Assembly: GCA_024137785.1 (NCBI GenBank)
Contig: JAHRHZ010000021.1
Coordinates: 27,391,745 to 27,455,744, forward strand
Direction of reading: 5' to 3'
Source of the DNA: Ginglymostoma cirratum
Lineage: Eukaryota
Length of the DNA stretch: 64,000 nucleotides
Shown: piece after piece, positions 28,021 through 40,670 of the stretch
Position numbering within the stretch: the first letter of the stretch is position 1
How the letters are laid out: the number at the start of each line of letters is the position of its first letter
The notes under the pieces: generated by a model
What the model was told of the DNA's origin: nothing
Database searches by the model: none
What the model saw: only the letters and a program-made list of their open reading frames with translations
Made by a program: the position numbers and the translations under genes

Positions 28021-29029
28021 CTGTGTGTAGCAAATATAGCCTCACTTTGGGTTATGTAACCACCACAGTACATCTTCCTGCCTACTTTTGTATTGTCAGC
28101 AAATTTGGATACATTAAACTCTGCCCCTTCTCCAAGCCATTAATGTGGATAGTCAATAAATAATTGCTGCACTAGGAACAATCCCTGAGCACTCCAGTTA
28201 TCTCTTTTCAACCTGAGAAAGACCATTAATTTCAACACCATGTATTAACTAATCCTCAATCCATGTTAATACATCAACGCCTGTATCTTGAGCTCCTATC
28301 TTGAAATAACTTTTTTTGTGATGCCTTCTCGAATGCTTCTGGAAATTCAAATGCAGTACATCTACCAGTTCCCCTCTATCAGCTCTATTTGTTCTATTCT
28401 CAGAACACGAGCAAATTTTAAACTGTGATTTTCCTTTCGCAAAACCATGTTGACTCTACTTGATTACGGTCAGGTTTTCTGAATGTCCCGCTTTTTTCTC
28501 CTTAACAGGCTGTAGCATTTCCCCAATGACAGGTGTTTGGCTAATTGGCGTTTTCTATTTCCCTCCCTTCTTGAACAGAGGCATCCCACTTGCAGTTTTC
28601 CAATTCACTGCAACTACTCGGAAAGTTCTGGAACATGTTGACGAATGCCTCCACTATCTTTGTAGCCACATTCTTTTACAGCCTTGGATACAGGCCATCA
28701 GGTCCAGGCAACTTGTCTGCTATTAGACCTATTAGTTTGTTGAATTCGTTATCCTTCATGATAGAAACTGTTACAAGATTGTTCTGCCCATTAACATCTT
28801 GCTTATGTTATCTTTAATATGTTTATAGTGTCTTCCACCATGAAGACTGATTTAAATTATCAGCTAATTCCCGAGCTGCTGCTTCCAAAGATCCCACAAT
28901 TACTTTAACTGCTCTGTTTTTTAAGTTACAGAAGCTCTTTCTATTTGTTTTCAGTTTCTACAAAAATTCTCAAATCTTTCAGCCCACTAGCTTTCGCCAC
29001 TTTGTATGCTTTAGTTTTTGTTTTAGAGA

Positions 29030-29885
29030 TTCAAAATTATAGAGATCTGCAGCACTAAAAAAGGCCCTTCAGCTCCTTGAATCGGTTAAAAACATGCATC
29101 TAACTAGTCTAGTCCCATTTTTCAACAGTAGGCCCATAGCTGTGTGCCTCAGTATCACAAGCGCGTATCTAAATACTTCTTAAATGTTATGAGTGTTTCT
29201 GCCTCTACCACCCTTCTAGGTGCTGAGGTCCAGATTTCCACCATACTCTGATTTTTAATAAAAATTTGCTGACATCATCTCTCAACCTCCTTCCCTTACC
29301 ATTAAATCCACGCACCCTGTTCATTCATCCCTCCAACAAGGGGAAAAGTTCTCTCCTATCTATCCTTTCTATGCCCCACATAGAAGGGAATGTAATTGAA
29401 ATGTGTAAAACTGTCTCCTCTGCTCCAAGGAAAAGGTTCAGCAAACCTTGCCTGCTCTTAAACTCTATGCTTGGCTAATTTAAGATGTGTCCCATTTTCC
29501 TCCTTAACCACTTTACCCACCAGTTCCACTACGTTAAGGAACTGGTAAACATACACATCAAGATCCTTCTGATCCTCGATGCTTCCCAGGATCTATCATT
29601 CACCCTGTATTCCCTTGCTTTCTTTGTTCTGCCCAAGTACATCACCTCATTCTTATCCCAAATTGAATTCTAGAAGATGGTGGGAATCTGAAACTCGAGT
29701 TACTAAGTATGGTGGATGCAGAAACCCTCATTATATTTATCAAGTATTTAGATGTGCACTTGCGATGCCAAGGCAAACAATACTGTGGGCCAAGTGCTGG
29801 AAAATGGGATTAAAACAGTTAGGTGCTTGTTTTTTGTCTGGCTCAGATTTTATGGGTTGAACAGCCTTTTTTCTGTGCTGTAAAT
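29030..29885. mobile_element. CR1/HER1 3' fragments: minus 29030-29670, plus 29670-29885
   Basis: Tail-like sequences in opposite orientations (agatctgcagcactaaaaaaggcccttcagc... and ...gggttgaacagccttttttctgtgctgtaaat). Confidence 0.55.
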
Positions 29886-29927
29886 CCAAGTCTGATTATA
29901 AAGCCGCTCATACATGCCTCCATTAGT

Positions 29928-30810
29928 AAAGTCATACAGCATAGAAACAGACCCTTCAGTCCAACTCCTCTTCTCCAACCGGACATCCCAATCTGACCTC
30001 GTCCCATTTGCCAGCATTTGGCCCATATTCCTCTCAACCATTCCTATTAATATACCCATCCAAAAGCCTTTTAAATGTTGTAATTGCAGTCGCCTCCATC
30101 ACTTCCTCTGGCTGCTAGTTCCATACACACACTGCCATTTGTGTAAAAAAAAAAAAAAAGGCACTCGGGTCCTTTTTAAATGTTCCCCTGTCACCTTAAA
30201 TCTGTGCCCTCTAGTTTTGAACTCCCCCTCCCTAGGGGAAAGGTGTTGGCTATTCACTCTATTCATGTCCCTCATGATTTTATAAACAGCTGCAAGGTCA
30301 CCTCTCAGTCTTTGATGTATGAGGGAAAAATGCCCCCGCCTATTCAGCCTCTCCCTACAACTCCTAACCCTCCAGTGCCAGCAACATCCTTGTAAACCTA
30401 TAGTGCACCCTCTCAACTTTACCAGCGTCCTTTCTATAGAAGGGAGACCAAGAATTGTATGCAGCATTCCAAAAGTGGACTCACCAATATCCTTTACAGC
30501 TGCAACATGATGTCCCAACTGCTTTACTCACTGTTTTGACCAAAGAAGCGTACCAAACGCTGCCTTCCCTACCCTCTCTACCAGAAACTGCATTTTCAAG
30601 GAACTAAGCACCCCTCGGTCTTTTTGTTCAGAAACACTCCCCAGGGCCCTACCATTAATTCTATAAGCCCTGCCCTGGTTTGCCTTACAAAATGTAGTCC
30701 CTCACTTTTATCTAAATTAGACTCCATGGCCCATTGGCCCATCCGATCAAGATCCCATTGTACTCTGAAATAGTCATTTTCACTGCCCACTACAGCATCT
30801 ATTTTGTTTT
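29928..30810 (-). mobile_element. 5'-truncated CR1/HER1-type LINE
   Basis: ORF 30099-30518(-) contains RLRGDLAAVYKIMRDMNRVNSQHLSPREGEFKTRGHRFKV (CR1 ORF2 C-terminus); 3' tail at 29930-30010. Confidence 0.85.
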
Positions 30811-31299
30811 CTGATTTATACTTTGTCCTACAGTGAAGCAACTCTTTGGTGGCCTATAGACCACTCCCACCTTGGCTGCATTCCCTTGCTATTCCTCTTT
30901 GCTCCCAAATTGATCAATTGCACCTACGTAATCATTCATCACTACACTGACACCTTCCTTCAATAACAAAGCCAGCTGATCTCCTTTTTATTTTTGCCTG
31001 TTCTTCTGGAGTATTAAATACCCTTGAAAATTGTGTTCCCAGACTTGGTCAACCTGCAACCATGTCTCTGTAAAGCTATAAAGTCATAATGTTACCACCA
31101 GCTTATCTATCTTGTTACAAATGCTGTACACATGCAGATAAAGAAATTTAAGAGTTGACTTTTTCCCATTATTACATATTCAGGTTCTCATATCACTCTT
31201 CTATTTTATGTTTCTTGCTGTCATGTTTTGATTAGTGTTCAGCTCTCCTCTACTCTGCACCTCTGCACTTTTGTTTCTTTTTTTTTTAAAACTCGCCTT

Positions 31300-31781
31300 T
31301 GATTGAACCCCCTTCTCCTCCACCCCCCCCCNNNNNNNNNNNNNNNNNNNNNNNNNNNNNNNNNNNNNNNNNNNNNNNNNNNNNNNNNNNNNNNNNNNNN
31401 NNNNNNNNNNNNNNNNNNNNNNNNNNNNNNNNNNNNNNNNNNNNNNNNNNNNNNNNNNNNNNNNNNNNNNNNNNNNNNNNNNNNNNNNNNNNNNNNNNNN
31501 NNNNNNNNNNNNNNNNNNNNNNNNNNNNNNNNNNNNNNNNNNNNNNNNNNNNNNNNNNNNNNNNNNNNNNNNNNNNNNNNNNNNNNNNNNNNNNNNNNNN
31601 NNNNNNNNNNNNNNNNNNNNNNNNNNNNNNNNNNNNNNNNNNNNNNNNNNNNNNNNNNNNNNNNNNNNNNNNNNNNNNNNNNNNNNNNNNNNNNNNNNNN
31701 NNNNNNNNNNNNNNNNNNNNNNNNNNNNNNNTGATGCTGCTTGGCCTGCTGTGTTCATCCAGCTCTACACCTTGTTATCTC
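31300..31781 (+). mobile_element. PLE terminal-repeat copy spanning a 400-N gap
   Basis: Left flank gaacccccttctcctccacccc matches 54206-54225. Right flank tgatgctgcttggcctgctgtgttcatccagctctacaccttgtt is identical to 54274-54318. Confidence 0.8.
31332..31731. other. Assembly gap (400 N)
   Basis: Run of N. Confidence 1.
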
Positions 31782-32979
31782 CCATGAATCGGAACCTATT
31801 TCTCCCACAGCGATCTTTCAGCCATGCATTTACATGTTTAATCTTATTTTACTTAACGCCAACTTGCATGTGGCTCAGCTAGTAACTGGGAGATTATTAT
31901 CCTTGTCATCCTGCTTTTTTAATTTAGCCAGAGCTTCTTATAATACCCCAGCAGAACCTGTTTCCAAGTCCAACCTGTGTCATTTGTATCTACATGAATC
32001 ACGACAACTGGATCCTACTGTTACATTTCTCTGTTTTTTGCCCCAATTTAAATGGTGCTCTGGATCATTTCAGATCACTCATCCTTCTGTGGTCTGTATC
32101 CTCGGCCATACCAGGAACAAGAACACCATACCTGTTGGACAAGGACATAGGCTGATGCTCTGTCATAGCTAAATTCTGCATACCAATACCTGCCTTGCTG
32201 TCAGTCACACCCTATCCTTGACCATGGACCAAATTTGATGTAATTAATCTAAGGGATGTGGCTATGTTCTAAAACAATGTGGTCAGGTAACTCTTACCCC
32301 TCCTTGTTGTGTCACAGCAGCCACCGTGCAATCTCCAGCTCATCAGCCCTGAGCTGAAGTTGCTTCAGCAGCCAACATTTGCTGTAGGTGCAGTGACCTG
32401 CATCCACCAGTTCCCACATGCAGCTGGAAAACACCACCTGCCCATCCATTCTATTTTACTTCTAAAAGTAATATATATGTGAAGTATTTTAAAAGTGTAT
32501 TTCTTAACTGTCAGCTCTTGTGATGCATTGGTAGTGTCCCTATCCCTGGGCCAGATGGCTTGCGTTCACCTTCTCCAGAGGTGTGTCATAACATGTCCGA
32601 ACAAATTGTTTGTGCATAATTTTCTTAATTCTCCTCTTCAGCTATAGTACTTCTCCTGATTTAAACCACTTGACCCATCGAAAGAGAGACAGTAGAAATA
32701 CCCTGTTTCACTGTGATGTCACATATCAGCTCTGAAGAGTAGAAACAGGTTGAATATGTCAGTTTTTCAGCTCCCACTCCAGCAGGTTCATTCTCCATTT
32801 CCCTCTGCATCCTTTTGGCATTTGGTATAACTAGTCATACCATCCTCTGATTCTTGTCCACTGTCATCTAGCCTGGATTCCTCCTGGACTGCACACTCCC
32901 AGTTTTGTACTTATTTATCTAACTGTTGTGAGAGGATATTCTGTCATGGCTTCTCTTTCCACTTCTATATATTTGCCTT

Positions 32980-33260
32980 TGGTTTCCCCTAGGATTCTTC
33001 TTGAACCCCCCCTTCTTTCTTCTCTACATGTTGCACATTAACGTTGTCATCTGGCAATACCAGTTTCCATATATATGCCAATGACACACACTTCTACCTC
33101 ACTATCAACTCTTCTGACCCCTCCACTCTGAATTATCAGTGTCATTGGATATTCAGGACTGGATGAACAGCTAAATTGCTCAGGCTTAAGTCATTGTCGT
33201 TAGTTTTCAGGATGAATTTTAATACTTAGCTGAATTCATCCCTTTCCCTGGTAACTACAC
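32980..33260 (+). mobile_element. Decayed L2-type LINE RT fragment
   Basis: Remnants of GVPQGS.LGP and FHIYANDTHFYL (L2-type YADDTQLY). Confidence 0.55.
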
Positions 33261-34269
33261 TATGATCCTCACTGAGAACTTTTAAACAGAAATTTGAATG
33301 TTCATTTGGTGATTGAAAGCATTACGTACAATTTCGCTTTTAGTCATTTGTTAAAGCTTTAAAAAGCACTATTGACTAAAAATTTTTTTTGTTAGTAACT
33401 TCTATTTTTAACTACTGACTGGAATATTCTCTGTTTAATCTTATTATGCATCGCATTCTTAAATGAAATTGCATTCAATGTGTCAAATAGTCCACAGTTG
33501 CTGCAAATTTCCAGAGTTCGTGTATCAGTTTTATGAAGTAGTAACTTCATTAGCTGTCTCCTGACACTTTTCTCAGATGTTGGAGAGTTTCTTAAAACCA
33601 TCATCAGTGCTAAGATCTGTTCCAATGATGATTCTTCCTCTGGCCATGACAGAGTAAATCTCCCAGAACCTGTTAAAGGCTGCATGATATGTCTTTTTAA
33701 CTGGAGGCTATCTCCTTCCTGCACTCGTTTGTGGTATCTCACAAATTGAAACAGAATTACTGTGACATTCATTGATTTGCAGGGAAGTTTGCCACCTCAT
33801 CTCAAAAATTAAGTTCTCCTGCCATCTTCCTATATTTCCCCCTGCCATATGGATCTTTTGTCCACTTCACAATGCTAATGAGCTATTATCCTAGTCCCTT
33901 TTCATTTTAGAAGTAAAGGGATAGTTTGTAGCCTTACTGTTTACAACTCCGGAAGTTCGACACCTTTCTGGGGGTTTTGGAGACCACAGACCTGCTGCTA
34001 TTCAAGGGTTAATAATTTGCATTAACTTCTCAGAATTATAACCTAACCAGTATTTTAGATCTTGCATTATCAAACTATCCAAGTTTATTTGTCGGGCAAA
34101 CTTCAGAACAGGTCGCATGACTCCATACCCTAAAGCTACAGTGCGGGCATAAAATGTTATAAAATTCAGAGTTGTAACAGCTGTCAGCGGCTGAAATAAA
34201 CAGTTTGAAAATTTAATATCATATTTGACCTGAGATGTACTTCCAAATAAATAAATATCCCATGGGAAA

Positions 34270-35188
34270 ATACTACAATCTTTTACAGAGAATGTGATAA
34301 TTGTGTACGTGGATAATAATGGTCTGATCAGTCAGAGTCAACATTGCTTCCTCTTCATAAATCCATGTTTTAAAAACCTGTTAGGCTTGTTGTGAGGATA
34401 TTACAGGCATAGTAGTTAAGGGAAAACTAATGAAAATGACAAATTTTGGTTTTCAGAAGGCTTTTGATAGCATCCCACACAAGAGGGTAGTAAACTAAAT
34501 AGTGGATAAGGATTAAATACAGTATGGATTGAGAACTGGTTATCAGAGAATGCTAATAATTGGTCATTCTCAGTTTGAAAGGCTGTAATGAGTAGTGTGG
34601 ATCTGGGTACTAAGTGCAATATTTCCAAGTATACTGATGACACAGAACTAGGTGGGAATGTAAAATTAAAGCAGAGAAATGGCTGGAAAATCTCAGCAGA
34701 TCTGGCAGCATATGTGGAGAGAAAGCACAGTCAATGTTTCAGGCCCAGTGACCCTTCATCAGAACTAGTAGTAGCGAGGAAAAGGTGATATATATGCTGA
34801 AGGAGAGTCAGGGGTAAAGAAGTGAGAGGATTAGTAGAGCTGGAGGACAGTGGGAGAGAAAGCCGTTCGATTAATTATGGGATGGATTATCGTCTACTAG
34901 GGGAGGCGAAAAACTGATAATGGGGACCGTAAGTATATGTAAATGGATTGTGCTGAAAGCAGCCCGTGTTCTGACAGAGCCTGGGCTGTGGGGCATGGCA
35001 GAAGTACATTGTGGGGAAAATGTAAAGTTTTTCATTTGAAAGAGAGAACAAAACAATAGAATATTGTTTACACTGAGACAAACTGCAGAAGGCTGCAACG
35101 CAAAGGAATGTGGGGATACTTGTGCATGAAACACACAACTGGCATATAAATGCAGCAGGTAATCAGGAAGGCTAATGTTGGCCCTCAT
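34270..35188 (+). mobile_element. Decayed CR1 RT fragment interrupted by a PLE 3' end
   Basis: FQKAFD remnant and ISKYTDDTELGG (ORF 34588); resumes at ~34990 after the insertion. Confidence 0.7.
34662..34985 (-). mobile_element. PLE 3' end with intact-looking hammerhead core
   Basis: Reverse complement reads gtt-CTGATGA-a-gggtc-actg-ggcct-GAAA-cattgac, preceded by a pyrimidine-rich UTR like 53950-54230. Confidence 0.78.
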
Positions 35189-35583
35189 TTAGTATTCTTG
35201 ATTTCTGCTGAATTATGTTCCGGAGATTGAAAAACCTACTGCAAGAATTAGGCTTTTCATTTGACCACACTTGAAGAATGTGCAACTAAAATACTATCCG
35301 TTATGAAAATTTAAAATAGTACCCAAGTTGACATGTACTGTTTGAGTTGTTATTTCTCTATAGAATATTTGGTGAACTGATAAAGGTAACCCCCTCTTGA
35401 CGGACACTAGTTTCTGATATGGCTGCATTATTGGAGATACTAATAACAATCTCCTGAGAGAAATATTTACCAACATTTGCTGGTTGAATAGTTTTATTTG
35501 CTACCACTGCTAAAATTTTATTTGTTGTTATTATAGTCTGGCATCTTGTCCATGAATGCTTAAGTCGTTAGCTCAGTAATATG

Positions 35584-35760
35584 AAAGAAGGACTTGTATT
35601 TACACAGCACCTTTCACAACGTCAGTAATGTTTCGAAATTTTTTGCAGGCAATAAAACACTTTCGAAATGTTGGTTACTATAATGTCGGAACAGCCAGTT
35701 TGTGACATCAGAGTCCGACAAATAGAAGTGTGAAAGTACTCAGACCATCAGCATCCATGA
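35584..35760 (-). mobile_element. Deu-SINE 3' part
   Basis: aaagaaggacttgtatttacacagcacctttcacaac... is the reverse complement of the Deu-SINE tail. Confidence 0.55.
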
Positions 35761-36424
35761 TTTGAATCAAATCTTCCATGAAATTTTAAACATCATTTAA
35801 AATTCTTTTCTCAATTATTTCATTTTACATAGCTGTACTTTGGGGCATACTTCATATTGCATCTATATATTTAGCATAGTAACTTAAAGAATTCATAGAA
35901 GCTACGTTCATGTTCCACAAGACCCCAGCAATACACATCTCCATATATTTGAGTGATAGCTTATCATAGGATAGTAAATACGACAACATTCATGAAAGCA
36001 TATATCTAAAGGTCTACAAAGTATACAGTCATAATATGTGGCAATGATTTGGTGAGTATTGTAATCTTGCAGAAATACGTATTTGATTCTGGAATTTAAT
36101 GAACTGCAATGTAAATAATGCAGTAAATGGCTTTACTTCATTTTGGCATGGGATTGAAGACTTCATGTTCCAATTAGGGATGAGTACTGGACGAGTCTTC
36201 AGAATTTTTTTTTCTTCTGTGAAGATCCTGTGATAGAAATTTATCACTGTTAATTTTAGCAAAATTGTACATGTTCAGGTCTACTGAAGTGCTTAACTAG
36301 TCAACATAATATATTTGCAATATCTTGTGTATGTTGTGCTTTGTCAAGTAACTCGTAAATTGAAGTGCTTCTATCCTATACTTCCTCTGAGTATAATTTC
36401 ATCAAACCTGCCCTCTCCCTCAAA

Positions 36425-36550
36425 TAAAAGCAAAATATTGCAGATGCTGGAAATCTGAAATAAAAATAAAATGCTAGAGATACTCAACAGGAGTGTTACC
36501 ATCTGGGGGAAGAGAGTTACTATTTCAAATCCAATGTGACACTTCAGAAC
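36425..36550 (-). mobile_element. Old, decayed short PLE-derived element
   Basis: aaaagcaaaatattgcagatgctggaaatctgaaataaaaataaaatgctagagatactcaacagg...cttcagaac, colinear with 58561-58700. Confidence 0.65.
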
Positions 36551-39441
36551 ATAAGATGAGAAATATTGGACTAGAAAGGTTAATTCTGTTTCTAGGGGCT
36601 GAACAAGTTAGAAAAAGCAAAGGAGCACCTACTTCCCCAATCACCTCAACTCTCCAGCACTCTGTTCAAGCCCACCTCAATGCTGAGTCACATTGACATT
36701 GCTGTATTTATATGCTAATGAAACAACAAAGCTAGCTAGAAGAAAAGTGATTCAGCTATCTTCCTTAATGATCAAACTTCAGTTATTCATCCATTAGAAA
36801 CCTAATATAACTCTGCCTAAGATGACTCATCTGCTGGATGACCCAGCACATTTCATGACCAAAGATGCCCCAAAGTGTTTGATAACCAACGAAATATCTT
36901 TTGTAACTTCAGTCACAGCTGAAATGCAGGAAAATATGTTGGATATTAGTGAAAAAAAGCATAAATTTAGCATCAACCCAGAATTTGTGGTGGATGTCAG
37001 AGTGAGGCTATAGTATTGATGCTCACCATTTATTAGGGAGTATATTAGACTAACTTCCTATGTCCATACATAGAATTAAATGCCGATGTCAGGAAGTGGC
37101 TACTGATTGGCCCTGATCCTCCACACATTTCATTGTACTGTTAAAAACATTATGAAGGGTGTTAAACTGCTGTGCACATTCACCAAATACCCACTGAGCT
37201 TGCCAGAAAAAGTCTCATCCAATCAAGTATAGTTAATTCTATAGTAAGTTTAATTGCTACCAAATCACACCTCTAGCACTAAAAATGTTTTTCTTTAAAG
37301 TTTGGAATCACATTCTTTCAGATGTTAATTGTTGGAAATGTTGTCAATTTTCTTTACTTTGTTCCTTCTGTCTATAATCTCTGCCTGTCTGTTTTATACA
37401 AACCCCTCTCTTTCATCCTATGCTTTTATACAAATGTCCTGGTTTAGAATCCATGGGCAGAATTTAATCAAGCCCATCTCATCAAGAATCAAGGCAGCCA
37501 GGTCACTTAATTGTGTCACTTACCCAGAGAAGGCATCACATCCTCCTCAACTCATCCACTCCCTGTCACTCTGATCAGAGGAAAGAAGGAGCTGATGCAG
37601 AATTTCTAGTTGTCAGTGTTGATCTGCCAGTTGAGTTTATTAATCTGTCAACTGACTTTTATCCCTGAACCCACTACAATTCAGTGATGGCTCAGGGACC
37701 AAATGGGAGCCACAGGGCTTTTCAGTACCTTCCGAAGAGTGTCCAGCAAGCCCCATCAGTTTTTCCAGTGGCCTCCTGTGGGGTACCTCATTATCCCGCA
37801 CTATCTTCCCAATCAAGGATCCTGGCACAGAAGAGATGGGGGGAGATAGCTGATGCTAATCTGCCCTTGCCTTCAAGTTCCTCACTTCCCTTTCTGTGAA
37901 CCCCACTCTGTGATACCCATCCTGCACTTTGGTCTGCAGCAAGCAGATACTGCTGCAAGCCTGTTCACATATGCTGTAGATGCTTTGTACAATCGCCTTT
38001 TGGAAAATGGCTTTCCAGTTTACATTGGTTGCCTTGCAGAACCCATTAAAAATTTATGGACAGCTGTAGGCATGAACGACAGCAAACTCCATTCATTTGC
38101 CCCTGATAGGAAAACAAAAGACATAATTGTTAAGTTTTTTTTTGTTAGTTTCCCTAAGGAGCTGATTTCTGAGGCACATTGAAGACTTTCACACTTTTCA
38201 ACAGAAATGGCTGATGACGTTACCTATACTTGTATTTGAGAAACCAATTATATCAGCTGGCTTGCTCAATTGTAAATATTCTAATTAATTTTTCAAAGTT
38301 ATTTATTAGCTGCAACCACAATATAGTATATATCAGTAATCTTAATATTTTGTTCATCATAGGGCATATCACTCTATTGTTTTAACATAACCATATTCAT
38401 GATTTACCATGAACAAAAGAAGTCTTCCATGTATCTATCACAGTTCACACATGTCCTTGGCACAGATTCAAAGCCATCATATTTAAAAATCATTTTTAAT
38501 AAGGATAATGAGAAAACTAAATGTTGACTGGGAGGCGCCTGATTGACCCGAGTAATTTGTAAACGGCTGTGATTATATGAAAAAACATATTTAGATAAAT
38601 CTCAAATAGGACTTTTGACGTAGCACCCACTGCTTTTTTAGGGAAAAGAGTCACCTATTCCAATTACCTTTATGTGAAAAAAGGTGCTTGCTGATTACAG
38701 TATTATAATTTTAACGTTATGCCTTTTGGCATTGTTTAATCTTTGTGGACACGCCCCTCACTTTTGGTTCCAACATTTGTGAGCTTATAACAGCACTAGA
38801 ACAATTACACACCACATACAGGTACAGAATACAGTTAGAATTGAGTCTTGAATTAAATCAAATTGGTACCTGGAGGAATATGACTTGACTTATTGAACGT
38901 TATTGAGCTGTCCAAAAAGAGGTGATATTTTAAGAACAGGAATTATTATTCCAAATTTGGCAACAAATTGGAAATGTATCTATACATTTGGAAAATATGG
39001 ATAACATTGCAGCGCTTGGAGTGGCATAGATGTATGCTTTAGGCACAGACTTTTGTTTCTCTTTTAATTTTCACAGTATCACATTTACAACTTTTTATCT
39101 CATTAAAGGTGAAGGAAGTCAAGTAACAGTGATATGAAGGCATAACTATTAGCAATGAATAATAGGGAACTTTCACTCACTTCAAATCCCAGAATAACAT
39201 CCACATTTTCGCCCTTAAAAATGTAGTAGTACATCCACCTGGAACTACCAGCAGTCAAAATAGGCATGAGATTGGCATTAATTACCAGGAGCATAGACGA
39301 CAATTGCAAAATGTTGGATCGTTAGTTAGTCTCAATAAACATTGACAGCATTTTGTTTACAGACAAAGAGAAATAGCATCTATGTGTCAATGTTTCTATT
39401 TTGTTATTTAAGGCTGACCAATTATTCTTCCTTTTTTATAG

Positions 39442-39621
39442 TGTTTGTCAAGAATATTTTCTGAATGGTGGAATGAAGAGGGTACTTGAAAAAGATGAGA
39501 AAAGAGCCAGGCTTGTGCTTGTCATGGCTACTCCAGCCTTCAATGTGCAAACATCTGAAAAGAGAGATGATTATTCTGCATCAAATGGTATATTAATGAA
39601 TCTGGATGCTTCCATTTCAAA
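39442..39621 (+). CDS. SAMTOR: SAMTOR/BMT2 internal coding exon (probably exon 3), 180 bp
   Basis: ttcttccttttttatag acceptor. AG from the previous exon + T makes Ser, continuing [25 protein letters not shown]...TPAFN (human [25 protein letters not shown]...TPALN). The donor AA|GTAGGT at 39622 removes the in-frame TAG. Confidence 0.9.
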
Positions 39622-40352
39622 GTAGGTAACATAAGCAGTCTTCATTTATTCAAAATGCAGTGATATTATGCTAAGCTTCTGGTATTTTGGAACATTGCTG
39701 TAATAAAATGGATTAAACATCACTTGGATCTATATTCACATGTAATTTGTGTTACAGATGGGCCATAAGTGTACAATAGTGTTTTTTAAGGTAAAATTGA
39801 AATCCTTCAGAATGCAGTTGTTGACCATGAGCGTAATCGTTGATTTTGGATAGTACAATAATTAGGGGGTATATTTTCTATATTATGACAATGTAGAATT
39901 GAGAACAAAGAAGGGTGCTATGCAATCCAATTCATCTGCAATTTTGCAAAAATTAACAAATAAAGTGAAATGATGTGAAATAAGATCCCGCAATGAGGGA
40001 GGTTGCCTCTAAAATATTTGAATGATATGTTCATAATTGGATAAAATATTCATGCACAATGACGTACTTTAAATCCAAAGTTATTGTTATTTTGAATCAA
40101 ATTGATGCTGCTTTTCAAGAAGAAAAAGTAAAAAGAAAAAGATGCGATTTAAATAGACAGTGTGGAAGATATTTATTCCATCTTTTTCTTTTTTTTTCTT
40201 TTTGAAGAGTATCAAAATTACCCAACTATTGGATTGTTCCATTTAGTAAGTATAATATAATAACGATTAATACTATTTTATGTTTGTTTCAGTACTAAGA
40301 TCACTAAACCCTCCATGTTTGGCTAAACCAATTCCTAGCAAATATTTGTATC

Positions 40353-40670
40353 CTAGTGGTAATATCACCAGACAATCCATCCAGAACCTCAGGCTAATGT
40401 TCTGGAGTCATGCGTTCTAATGCCACCAGGGCAAATGGTGAGATCTGAATTTAGTAAAAAAAAACTGGAATAAAATGTTAGCCTAATGCTAACCTTGTAA
40501 CCACTGTTGGTTGTCATAAAATCTCATCTGGTTCACTGATGTCCTTTACGGAAGGAAATCTGCCATCCTTACAATTAACTCTAGAACCACAATACTTGGT
40601 CTTGACCGCCCTCTGGGCAATTCAAGATGGCCTAGCCAGCAATGCCCACTTCCCATGAGCGAATTAAAAA
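40353..40670 (+). mobile_element. tRNA-derived SINE sharing its 3' tail with the 60.2-62.1 kb LINE
   Basis: tagtggtaatatcacc (A box), gcgttctaatgcc (B box), core ctggttcactgatgtcctttacggaaggaaatctgcc, tail gggcaatt...ggcctagccagcaatgcccacttcccatgagcgaatt. Confidence 0.7.

Larger units (their letters stand above)
26878..32450 (-). mobile_element. Fragmented old CR1 LINE (3' tail, RT, endonuclease, ORF1) carrying nested younger insertions
   Basis: Read on the minus strand: ORF1 zinc-finger/coiled-coil remnant (SKCWLLKQLQLRADELE, ~32335-32390), SGNH-esterase-like DPVVVIHVDT (~31985-32015), APE endonuclease remnant IAFTETW (~31058-31080), RT-region remnants 28080-28830, 3' tail at ~26880. Confidence 0.65.

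Noticed and set aside
31201-31787. Long ORFs of 143-185 aa
   Set aside because: Artefacts of translating the N gap.
33392-33772. 126-aa minus-strand ORF
   Set aside because: No recognisable domain and no convincing splice context; compatible with chance.
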